Origin: Hydrolagus affinis
Taxonomy: Eukaryota
Reading direction: 5' to 3'
Length of the DNA stretch: 64,000 nucleotides
Assembly (NCBI GenBank): GCA_012026655.1
Contig: JAAILG010000139.1
Span: forward strand, 1 to 64,000
Shown piece after piece: positions 12,125-24,070 of this stretch (positions are counted from its first letter, which is position 1; each line of letters starts with the position of its first letter). The notes under the pieces were generated by a model. It had not been told where the DNA came from, did not search any database, and worked only from the letters and a program-made list of their open reading frames with translations. Made by a program: the position numbers and the translations under genes.

Positions 12125-13116
12125 CGAATGAATTGCAATAGCAGAGTATTCTGTCAATGCAGTGCTGCGGGAGAAGAGAAGAAAAATTGACAGAAGACCT
12201 TTCCAGCCCTTGAACATATCTCTGGTCGGTTGACTGCCGATGCACAACAGCATTGATGGAAACCATGGAAGTTTGCAGCTTAGAACATCCTGGCTTTGGC
12301 ACCCTTGAGGATAGTGACGGAAATAGCTTGTATATATAAACAGAAACACATCTGCTGTTATTCTTTAAATTGTAATATTGGGTCTTATTGCTTCACACCC
12401 ATGGCTCTACAACTTAAATCCACATGGAGGTGGATAAGGGACCTTACATCACTATCATCATCACTATCATATGGACAACATTCTTTCTGTTTCTGAGTTG
12501 ACTAGAGTGTATTAGTAGAGTTGACACAGTGGAACAATGCGCCACAGTCACAAGATGAGCAGTTTTGTTTAGACAACACTATTTCCAACAAAAGTATTGT
12601 TAAGCCACATGAATACTTCAGGGGATTCGGAATGAATTGCCTTCATACTGGTTAATTGGTATTTAGACCTACCGCTGCGTACTTCTTCAATGTGAAGCTA
12701 AGATTTAGGTGTCAGCCTGATTCAGTTGGTAAAACTCGCACTTCTATGAGTCAGACAGTTGTGGGTTGAAGACCCATACTGTCACTTTGAACTCACATGA
12801 TCTAGGCTGATATGCCAATATGTGCGGTGAAGAACTCCGAAGATGTTCTCCTCATGTGAAAGACAACGTATCAAATACAAGATTTAACACTCTAACCTGA
12901 AAATAGACCTTGATTGTACCTTGCCTACACATTGCAGAATACTGGCAGATAGAATACTGGCAAACTTATTCACTTCTCAATAAATCATTGCCTAATCAGC
13001 AATGAATGAAATAGTCATTACTGTTGGAGTATGAAGTGATATGAATGATGAATAAGGATAACAGATGTGTATAGCAATGACAAATTGATACTTTATCCTG
13101 CGTACAAGTAAATTTA

Positions 13117-13412
13117 TGGAGTCCAGTAGCTCAGTGATTAGAGCACTCGCCACACAAGCGAGAGACCTGGGTTTGATTCCCGGCAGAGAGAAACCTTGGG
13201 CAAGTTTCCTTACTCTACACGCCTGATCCATCAAAGAAAACAAACAATAATAAATTGGTCATTTCAATCTATGACTGTTTGTGGGAATGCTGTCGTGTGC
13301 AATTGGCTGCCACGTTTCACCTACGAACTTACAGTCAATTCACTTTACAGTATATTCTGTGAAGCGCTTTGAGACATCTAGAAGATTAAATTCAAGGATT
13401 AGTATTATTATA
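13117..13412 (+). mobile_element. tRNA-SINE, short form, full length
   Basis: A-box TAGCTCAGTGA, B-box GGTTTGATTCC, body and (ATT)n tail. Confidence 0.9.
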
Positions 13413-14335
13413 ATTGAATATATTGACAGTAATATCCTAGAAGAACAAAACCGTGTGTAACACAGGCGTATCTTGGCCTTTCCAATTTCTTTCAAGTTGA
13501 AAAGAATGACTAACTCTCTAAGCAACCAGGATCTCTCCGAGAGTGAAATGGACCTGAGAAGATTGTCACAGCAATGTTAGAGATGAACGATCACAAAGTA
13601 ATCAAACGTTTTCCCGCCCCCCCTCCTCCTGCTGCCTACATAAGTGGACAGCATTGCAAAGTGTTAGAATTAAATGTTTCATCTCTTGGTATCTTTCTTT
13701 TGCCATACCAGGTAGATCAGCGGGGCAATGATGGGAATGTGGAGATGGAATGAATCTCTTTGAAGGCTGGAAACTGTCCACTGGCCTGCCTGTCCCTGTT
13801 ATCAAAGTAGTCACTCAAGCTCCAACAATGGAAAATATGAGCATTTACTGTATAGGGCTCTATTGAAGACAAAGAGAGTGATCAGTGCCACACAGTGAGT
13901 CGATCAGAACAAACTCAATCAGGAATCCTTTGCGACTTCACTTTAGGAAAATACACATTTTCATCATCTCGCGCTGGTGAGACATATTTCCAAGAAAGCT
14001 CCCGACAGCTGAAATATTTCTTGTGCTATTCAAATAGATGCCTTTCGTCATTCTTTATATGCCAACTTCAAAGCGCAAATCAATCTAAATTCAAGATCTG
14101 AAGTGGGGAGGTTGCTTGAATGTAAAGTATCAGTATCAGTTTTACCTATTGAGGCTTCAAGAACATGAATCACAGTTTTATGAGGGAAGGGAGAGGTAGC
14201 AGCAGAGTGTGAGGGCAGAAGAGTAAATCTCCCTACTTTTTAGGTGCTGTTCCCGACATGAAAGGTGCTATACAAATGTCAATTTTTTGTGGTGGTTGTA
14301 TTTGTAGTCATTTGCTTTATGCTTCAGTAATTCAG

Positions 14336-14682
14336 TGGAGATCATGTGGCTTAGTGGTTAGAGCACTTGTCTTGTCAAGCTGGGAAGACCAAGATGGGGA
14401 GACCTGTGTTCGAATCCACGCAGGTCAGGGCAAAACCTTGGGCAAGTTTCCTTACTCCACACACACACACCTAATAATAATCCGTCCAAAAAAACCACAA
14501 TAATAAAATTGGTCATTTCAATCCACGACTGTTTGTGGGACACTGCTGTGCGCAATTGGCTGCCGCGATTTGCCCATAAATATACAGTCAATTCACTTTA
14601 CAGTATATTCTGTGAAGCGCTTTGGGATGTTGATAAGATGTGAAAAGCGCTGTATCAAATGCAAGGATTATTATTATTAATT
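14336..14682 (+). mobile_element. tRNA-SINE, short form, with a short insertion in the head
   Basis: Head gtggcttagtggttagagcact...gttcgaatcc; well-conserved body and tail. Confidence 0.9.
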
Positions 14683-17600
14683 ACATGAAAATGGCACATT
14701 GATAAATTATAAATGAATGATGTGTTGTGACCCAGATGATTTTTTTGAATCCTCACTAATTAAGCTCTTTTTTATGAATGTATTTTCACAATGTTAACAG
14801 ATGATACTAAATTGGTCACTCCATCCACGACTGTTTGTGGGACACTGCTGTGCGGAAGTGGCTGCCGCATTTTTCAAACCATTGAAATACTTCTGAGGAT
14901 GTTTGTCATATTGAGTTATTTAACTATTACTTGTGGGATTGAAGTTGGTCTATCCTCTCGTTGACTTGCTTTCCCTTAACTCTGTGATTTATCAAAACTA
15001 GGTCGAATGACAAAATGCTTGCTGCAAAGTTGATTACAGCTGGTCTGTTCAGTAATACTAGAAACTATTCAAAATTCATCTAAACAGCAACGTAATAAAT
15101 ATCCGATTTAGTTCACTCTGTACTCTGTAGGTTAGCTGATTATTTGGTATTGTCGATGTAAACCTTATCCTTCATAAAGATTGCTTATTTTTTTCCACAC
15201 AGCATGTGCCAATTCTTATTGGGGTTCAATTTTACAGGGATTAATGGTTCTCCAGTGTAGGAGGTATCTATTTTTGAAGACTGTGACTGTCATCCAACTG
15301 TTTGATGGTGAAGAGCATCAGAGCCTAAATCATCCCTGTTCTCACCTGAATTCCCTGCAATGTACACTTTTCAACAGTGATCAGGAGTAATAGCTGTGGC
15401 TGATTTCCTTACTTCATTCCAGCCCAGTGAGAATAACGTTAATCATAGTAACCCACGAGCAGTCCAGGTTGTGACCAGCTATCTCAGTATGGACTTTAGC
15501 GGATCACTAAGGTGGATGTTGCCCGCTGTGAAGGGCACTATATAAAGGGCAGTTTGTTGTTGTTATCCCCAGGTTCCTGCCAATGCCACTCTACACTTGT
15601 CCACTGGACATTGTCTAATTTATAGCATAAAGATATTTGATGGTATTAAGATTTGACTGAATCAAGGTTATTATCGTGTGAAGGTATTTTAGAGGGATTG
15701 ATGGCTTATGAAAAATAAATTGCGGAGTGACATTGATTGCTAACAGTTCATTGTCACTTAGCCAGAAACGCTATACATTCTTAGTAACCTGTTAGCTATC
15801 CCTTGTACTGTATACAGTATACTATGGAAGTGGCACTTCCCTTTTGGTGTTTCACTCACCTATTTAAATCTTCCGAAGTAGTACATCAGGGATTCTGCTG
15901 AGTCTGAAGTCAGGTCATTTAAATACTGTGATGATATCATGTAATGGGAAGATCCACTAGCGCCACAGGCTAGTCATAAACTGTCAGTCATAAACCGCTC
16001 ATCAGTCAAACAAGCATTGTATAAACTAGGGAGACTCATTCGAAGGCGTATCCTGAAGTTGCATTTCGGCAGCCGCCATTTTAAGTGCTGTGATAAACCA
16101 AAGATATACAGGGCTTTCGACACCAATAACCTAGTTTATCAAAGTCACAATAGTTTCACAGTACCATTAGCACTCATCAATTTGTGAAGGTGGCAAATGT
16201 GAAACTCGAGACTGAAGAGCCCTAGTGTCTAATTGTTGCTCAAATCAAGGAGCGACAAACAGCAAATTAAAAATAAGTCATCAAGGATGAGAGAAAATAT
16301 ATTCTTTTGTTAATTTTCGGAAGATAATTGAAGATTCGGCGTGTGTGTGTGTGTGCGCGTGTGCGTGTATATATTGTGTAGAGGCAGATTTTGTGGATTG
16401 ACAGAGATAAAGCCTCTGGGCAGGGAAATGGATGCTTGCATGATTGTCTTCAACTGCAGACATTTTATGGAGCGCAAGGAGCACTAATTATTTCCCAAAA
16501 ATCTGTCTCTTAAAAAAAATGCGACTGTTGTCTCATTCTTTTCGCATATTGTTGAAGTTATAATGTCTCCTTCGTGTCAACGGACAATTTCTTTTGCGCA
16601 GTAGTTGTTCATTCTCAGTTGGCTCGGTGCCATAATTGACTTACTGCTGCCACAGCGAAGCTGGAAATGAAAATTCTCCAGCACCTACTCCTTGCATTGA
16701 TGGATTTCAGTATTTAAAGTCTGTGCTCCTGGACTGGGATTCAAGAATAATTAAAGGATTTAATGCCGTCTTACATTTTGCAAACTGCAATTAAATCTCG
16801 AACGTTCAGCATATTCTGACTGAATTATCTTTGCAGTTATTAAACTAAGCGTAATTTCAACATTTTTTGATTTTCTTTTCCGCGTAGATTTGTGATGCTG
16901 TAAAGTAGGTTCTGTTGCAATTCACGGAATTACCTGACATAATAAATGCCCCAAATAAGTTAATCAACTTTGGAATAAATGTTATGCAATTCGATAACAC
17001 TTTCTATGGAATAAAAATGAAGGTCCACACCAGTTTTCGTTTGCTCAACTGAATGTCTGACACAGACAATAACACTGCCAGGCTTAAGAGTTCCACATAT
17101 GTGTGCCATCTATGTATGGGGATTTAACTTCATCTTGTTATTACTAATAAAAATCAGTAAAATAATCCTCGCATCTGATACAGCGCCTTTAACGGCAAGC
17201 CGACTCAAACCTTAGAAAAACATCAATGAAAAAAAATGAAAAATATTGTGAGATTGCTGTTGCATGTAAGTGGACTATCAGGTGAATAATACATGTTTCA
17301 GAATATCACTGTGAACTTGATGCATATCCGATGGTGCTTTACAGAGCAAACTGGATTACTCAGTGTGAGCAGGTTGTTATACCCTGACACTCAAAACTAA
17401 GCCACATTGAAGCCTATCAGTTGAATGTTCAAACTGTCCCATTCTGCAATATAGAGTAAGAACAAAGATAGGCAAATATCCAGTTTACTGTTGCTGACTG
17501 CAAACATTAATGTTGCCAAATCAATGAGTGGTTTGGTTCCTCACTATACAATAAAAGGTGTAAACTATCCAACACTTTGGCCTGAAGAAGGAAACAAAGG

Positions 17601-18498
17601 TAAAAGAAGCCTTTAAATTATATGCTGAAGCACAAAAAACACACTCATAGACACTTCCATTAACGTTTACCCTATACCTGTATATGAATTTGATTCAATA
17701 TAACATATTTTTCATCCCAATATGGGAACATTTCACAGACATTGCTCATACAAACCTGAGCTGGGAACCGACACATTTTGGAGTTTGGATGAAAATGTTC
17801 TGATCTCCGGAAATTAGGAAACCAGTCCAGAACAATAGCTCGCACTGATATAGCACTGTTCACGCAATGCAGCACATGAGCGAACTCAAAATTCGATGTA
17901 CTGGCTGTTTGACAACAATTAGTTGAGTTGTCAATCAGATAAATTATAGCAGTGCTTTAAACATTGCCTTGGTGCAGTGAGAAGTGGATGTCTTAAATTA
18001 AAGTTGAAAATCATCGTTCAGGTTTCCACACAGAGATCTTCACACGATATGGAAATGGGGTAGGCCCAGACTTAGAGATGTGTTGTTCTAATCTTTAAAC
18101 TTTGGTGTGTTGACCAGCAAGGGAGCAAAAGAAATATATAAGACAGATGAGCTCATTTCCTCGGGGTCAGTATATAAACTGAACTTGTCAGGAAGATTAC
18201 TGTAACCTTCACAATGCTAAGAAAATCCTATAATCAGCATATGTTTTCAGTCATTTTTACCAATGGGGGGGAAAACGCAGTAAATAAATATGTTGAAAAT
18301 TGTTTTAAAAATTTAAAAGAGTTGATGGCTTGGGATATTACTTGAATGTCGGAAACCATTTTGTGAGACGCTCAAGAATGATTTGTATTTGAATCGGATG
18401 CATTTTAAGATTCAACGTGACACTGCAAATTGGATGATTAATTGGCCAAACTAAAAGCAAAACACTAAAAGCGGTATTTTGGAAACTAGTGGTATTTA

Positions 18499-18808
18499 TA
18501 ACAATAATAATCATCCTTGCATTTGACATAGTGCTTTTCACATCTTCTAGACGTTTCAAATCACTTCACAGAATATACTGTAAAGTAAATTAACTGTATA
18601 TTTTGTGGGCAAAATGCGGCAGTCAATTTCGCACAACCATGTCCACAAACAGTGGTGAATTGAAATGACCAGTTTATTACTTTTTTTGAGGGATTATTAT
18701 CAGGTGTGTGGAGTAAGGAAACTTGCCCAAGCTTTTCCCCTGTCTGGAATCGAATCCAGGTCTCTCGCTTGCAAGGCAAGTGCTCTAATCACTGAGCTAC
18801 AGGACTCT
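18499..18808 (-). mobile_element. tRNA-SINE, short form, full length
   Basis: Reverse complement of the 13117 and 34266 copies. Confidence 0.9.
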
Positions 18809-19159
18809 ATAGGGACTTGCAAGTGATCAGCCACTTTTTCAAAAAAGTCTCGAATTCTACCTAAGCTTAGCCTGTGAGACCATTTTATTTTTAACTTTAG
18901 AGTTCAGGGTTCAACTTAATTGGACAAGTTCTTTTGAAGCACTGCTTTCCAAAACAAGTCTAAATTTAGAAATATTCCACAATTCTACGCGAACCTTAAA
19001 TTTCAGGATAAAACAATTTTAATCTCGGTGAAAATTTGGGTCAAATGCTTCTTTATGACTTCAGGTTACCAGAAGAAGAACAATTAGATTTGCAAATGAC
19101 CAGAGGTCACTACCAGCGAGGTTAAGGGATTTATTTTTTTATATAAAAAACTGGATAAA

Positions 19160-19263
19160 CATCTCTGAAATAAAAACAGAAGTCGCTAACAGATGAATAA
19201 GCAGCATCCATGGAGAAAGGAATGTGAGATTACATTTCAGGTCAATGACCTTTCATCAGAACT
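19160..19263 (-). mobile_element. Penelope-type short repeat with minimal hammerhead core (antisense copy)
   Basis: The minus strand reads agttCTGATGAa-AGGTC-att-GACCT-GAAAtgta...ttctccatggatgctgc...acttctgtttttatttcaga, homologous to 26926-27085. Confidence 0.7.
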
Positions 19264-20759
19264 GCCTTGTGGATAAATATCTGATTAGAAATGGAATTGA
19301 ATATTATTGACAGAATTGATCAAATGGTCTCATCGAACCCAATGCTCCTTATATTATTGGCACAATGGACAAGGCATCTGTGGGAGGTTTAGTTTGATTA
19401 CCACAGGTATAAGTGCTGACAGATGCTCTAGCATTTTGCTGGGTTTTGTTTCACTAGGGAGGAATTTGCAGATGAATCCATTAGATAATTGGATAATAAG
19501 TCATGTAGAGCACCTGCTAGGGCAGAGAAAACATGGTCCGTAAAACTACTGCGTTTGGTGGATTAAATGACCTGCTTTAATGGTAAATTTTTCTGTTTTG
19601 CTTTTCCCTTCACTTAATTGTCTCTTGTTGTGAAGAGCATAAACTTTTTTGTTTGTCCAGCAAACTGAATAGTTTTTTTCCCCATAAATCTGAGCACGTT
19701 AGAATTTAAAATAAGAAAGGAGTTTCAGGCAAAATAATGTACTGAAGCTGAATGATTAGTTGGTTGGCTCCAGCAATACTCTCACACATGCCCTAGGATT
19801 CCCCAAGCCTTGATTCCCAACCTGTGTCTAATACTCTCTGGAATTCGGTGTGGAATTTAATTCGGGTGGACGTTAAAGATCCCAAGGCACTATTCAAAAA
19901 GAGAAACGAACTTCTCCTGGTGTCCTGGACAACAAATTGGTCGATCTTTTCATAGCTGTTTGTGGGACATTGCCACGTTTGCCTATAAATACACAGTCAC
20001 TCCATTTCACAGTAAATGGTTGTTACGTTAGAGGGATGCAAATGGTTGCTACGTTAGCATCCCTCAAAGGAGAGTGTACAAGGAAATTCCTGTTTGTAAG
20101 TGTCATACATAGGTGGAGCTCAGTCTGGTTCTACTCTTTACTCTTAAATATGTTTTCACATATTTGTTTGGTTGGCCATTTCTTAAATCATTGCAATTTG
20201 AGCAACGTGACTTATGAACCCTTTTTGTTCTGCGCTTACTGACTTTTTGCAGTAATGATGGTAGCTTTTAGGCTAAAATTAGGTTTATATCTCAGAAGCC
20301 ATACTAACTATTTTAAAAAATCTCAGGCCAGGGAGAATAAATCAGCCCATTGTAACTATTTTAACTTGCAATGCAACTTGTGGATTTACGTTATTTTGAA
20401 AACCGACTTGAGGATTTCTAAATAAATAATAGATGGATTCCATCCAGTTGGTTCTTCAGAATATCCTCATGTTTGGGGGAATTTGCGCTTAGCGGGATTG
20501 CTGCGTTCTTTAAGAGATTTATGCTGTGCTTATGCTAGCTACTGGCAGTATGTACCATGCTGGGAAGCCAGGTTAAAACAGTATGTTCCTTGTCACTTTC
20601 AATGTTTCAAGCCAAAAATATATATATTTTGGGTGTTTTGCGTAGATCGTGTTTGTGCGAATGGCTCTGACCCACAATGGGTGCCACTGAGAACTTATTT
20701 TTATCTCGATTTGTTTGGGTTTTGTCTGTCTACCTGAGCCCCCACCATGTCAGCCCAGT

Positions 20760-21038
20760 TTCCGTTCTCTACTCCGAGCAGTAAGCAGGAACCCAGCTGT
20801 TAGTCAATTGACAGATTGCTTTCCAGGAGGCTTAATCCCTTTAAATAAATTAGAATAATAATTTGGTCACTCAATCCGTGACTATTTGTGGGACACTGCT
20901 GTGCACAATTGGCTGCCATGTTCCACCCACATATATACAGTCAATTCACTTTACAGTTTATTCTGTGAAGTGCTTTGAGACGTCTAGAAGATGTGAAAAA
21001 GTGCTATATCAAATGCAAGGATTATTATTATTATTTAT
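20760..21038 (+). mobile_element. tRNA-SINE, long form, 5' truncated
   Basis: agcagtaagcaggaacccagctgttagtcaattg, body and (ATT)n tail. Confidence 0.85.
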
Positions 21039-21297
21039 TTCCATTTTCTGAGGCTCGGTTTTCTGCAGATTTAACAGGGAATCGCTACGCAAATCCTTGC
21101 TATTTTTGCCACCCGATGTGCAGTATGAAGGTAACATTAATTGATTTCAAAACTGAAGTGGCCATTAGCAGAAATAAACAGCAGATCACAAAGTACCATC
21201 ACCCAGCACTCTAATGAATATGTCAGAACAATCCTAGACCCTGATCTGACTGGTGTTGTTATCTCTTTGCTAAACAAGGGATGATCATAACACTTGT

Positions 21298-21610
21298 TAT
21301 AATACTAATAATCCTTGATCTGATATCGTGCTTTTCACATCTTCTAGACGTCTCATAGCGCTTCACAGAATATACTGCGAAGCAAATTGATAGTATATTT
21401 GTGGGCGAAACGCGGCAGCCAATTGCGCACAGCAATGTCCTACAAACAGTCGTGGATTGAAATGACCAATCTTATTATTGTGGAGGGATTATTATTATTA
21501 GGCATATGGAGTAAGGAAACTTGCCCAAGGTTTCGACCGGACTTGCCTGGATTCGAACACAGGTCTCACGGTTGTAAGGCGAGTGCTCTAACCACTGAGC
21601 TATAGGACTT
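21298..21610 (-). mobile_element. tRNA-SINE, short form, full length
   Basis: Tail-to-head reverse complement including the A and B boxes. Confidence 0.9.
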
Positions 21611-22079
21611 GCTTTAATAGTTGAAGGTAACTGTAGTGCCAGCTGTAACATTAGGGCAAGATCATTCAGAAAAATATGCCTGACTTTCTGGTCTTTGTAA
21701 CAATTCCAACACAATCAGAGTTTCCATCGAAAAGAGTGAAGTTGTCTAATGCAATTAGATAAGTTTATTTCTAACTGTCTTTCTAATTAAAACTCATGGC
21801 TATAATTATACTATTATACATTATATATTTGCCCACAAAATATACAGTCAATTAATTTTACAGCATATTCTTTGAAGCGCTTTGAGACATCTAGAAGACG
21901 TGAAAAGCACTATATCAAATGCACTGATTACTATTATTATTTTAAGATCAAAAGAAAATTGAATGTTTGGTATCATTGGGTGAGAAAGGGTGTGTATAAA
22001 ATATGAAGTGCTGCAAGCAAATCAGGATTTATAATGCCAACATTATAATGTTGGGGATGGGAGGGTGCAAAATAATTTG

Positions 22080-22253
22080 CCGATTCAAAAACAACTTTTA
22101 AGAGAGAAGTAGATGGGTATTTGGGGAAGACAAGATTGCAGGGCTATGGAGAGAAAGCGGGCCAGTGGGATTGAGTTGGACAACTCTTTTCAGAGCCGGC
22201 GCAGACTTGGTGGGCCAAATGGCCTCCTTCGTATGTGCTGTATGATTCTATGC
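22080..22253 (+). mobile_element. CR1 3' end
   Basis: ttttaagagagaagtagatggg...gggccaaatggcctccttc...tgctgtatgattctatg with a CR1-type ATTCTATG tail. Confidence 0.8.
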
Positions 22254-22261
22254 TTCTAGAG

Positions 22262-23140
22262 CAGGGTTGGGCAAACTATGGCTTGCGGGCCGCATCCAGC
22301 CCGCGGGGGCTTTTCATCCAGCCCTCGATCTGCATTGCGCTATAACAATTATTTGAGTACACTACTTGATTACTAAAAATAGTAAAAATATAAAAACCCA
22401 TTAAAACCGATCTACATCAGCGGTAGAATTTCAGTTTGAAATAACATCGAACGCCCTAAAATTTTCCATCGCCTACCAATTTACTAGGCATACAGTGTGA
22501 GTTGCCAAAACAAAGGGCTTTGCAATTCCCCACGTGGGAAGCTGCATGTATGAAGTTATTTTGTCTATGAAGTGCGAGCAATCTTGAATAACAGCAATTT
22601 GTAAAAAGGCCGGCAGTTAGGTTTTTCTTTTCCCTTTCAAAAATGAGCGCTGCAAAAATATTTAAGATTTCTTCTGCAGAGTTAGATTGATTAACAAAGG
22701 AATTGCTTAATAACTTCTGGTTTACTTTGAATCTAAAATAGTTTCGTGAGTCTTTTTTGATTATTGCCACAGTCAAATGGAGAACCACTGATGGTTCAAC
22801 AAAGCTAATTACAGATTTAAACATAAAGAAGTCATCAATAAATGGGAAAACTTCCAAACTTTTATGTAGTGCCGTGGACTGAGACAATTTAGATATAATA
22901 AAATTTGTGTTCTAACAAGAGCAATACCGTTGCGTGGTTAAAATCAACAAACAACTCAATGATGCAATTTTCTAACAGTGCATTGTTCAATAGTATTATT
23001 TTAACACAGTGTTAATTTTAAAACAAAATCGTGTTATTCCTGTTTAAACGTGAATTGTTCGTTTCTTAAGCATTTATGGCCTGCCATTATAATTCCGTAC
23101 CTAGAGGTGGCCCTCAGGCCGAAAAGTTTGCCCACCCCTG
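22262..23140. mobile_element. Non-autonomous hAT (Charlie/Buster group) DNA transposon, 879 bp
   Basis: Terminal inverted repeats CAGGGTTGGGCAAACT (22262-22277) and AGTTTGCCCACCCCTG (23125-23140), 15/16 match. Perfect 8-bp TSD TTCTAGAG at 22254-22261 and 23141-23148. Confidence 0.95.
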
Positions 23141-23704
23141 TTCTAGAGGGTTCTCATTCCTCTCCCACGCACTCTAATTAGAATTAGAGCTGCCATTTCA
23201 ATGCAGTTAATATAATAATAATAATAATAATAATGCTTGAATTTGATGGCAGGTGAGTGCTGCAACCAATTGACTTAAAAACAGTCATTAGGCGAGTTAC
23301 CAATTTTTATTTGGGGGATTGTTGGCCAGGACAATAGCCTTGGATTGACTCAAATTGGTGTAACGTATTGACACCCCCACAGCATTGTGTGAAATGCTCT
23401 TAAGGGGGTTTTCCTATGAAAGGTATCTCTGAAGTAAACAATCACATCAATGTGATTGTTTGCTTCAGAGATACCTTTCATAAGAAAACTTGTGTCTGCA
23501 GAGAATAGGGATTTAAAATAATAGATTTTTGTGAACTGCAGGTCTTCAGAAGTCCAGGGATCAGCTCGAAACCTATTTACTGTCATCATTATTTGACGGC
23601 ATCATTTTAACAGTTCAATGCTTTTCTTAACGAAACCCCCCACCCACCCACCCCACTCACCGAAAAAAATACCTTGTGCTTGATCCTCTGAATCTCCCAA
23701 TTTG

Positions 23705-24070
23705 CGAGTCCTGTGGCTTGGTGGTTAGAATACTCGCTTCACAGGGAAGAGGACCTATGATTCAATGACTGGGCAGGGCAAACCTTTAGCCACGTTTCCT
23801 TACTCCACATGCCTCTGTTTATCTAGCAGTGAGTAGGAAATCCAGTTGTTGGTCGATTGGTCGATCACTTCCTATTATAACCTTCCCTTCAAAAGAATGT
23901 AGTCACTCAATGCATGACTGTTTGTGGGACACTACTGTACACAATTGGCTGGTGAGTTTCGCTCACAAAATACATAGATCATCCACTTTCCAATAGATTC
24001 TGTGACACGCTTTGAGCCTTCTCACTGACACAATAAGGTGCTTTGCCAAATTATGATTATTATTATTACT
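23705..24070 (+). mobile_element. tRNA-SINE, long form, full length, diverged
   Basis: Head gagtcctgtggcttggtggttaga, gcctctgtttatctagcagtgagtagg module, body and tail. Confidence 0.85.

Noticed and set aside
20031-20065. 9-bp inverted repeat GAGGGATGC/GCATCCCTC (similar small hairpin at 41631-41660)
   Set aside because: Too short for a pre-miRNA or MITE and expected by chance in 64 kb.
20863-21051. Recurrent peptide motif IQSIHFTVYSVKCFETS...YIKCKDYYY in many ORFs, suggesting a gene family
   Set aside because: It is the conceptual translation of the non-coding SINE tail; frames and stops vary between copies.
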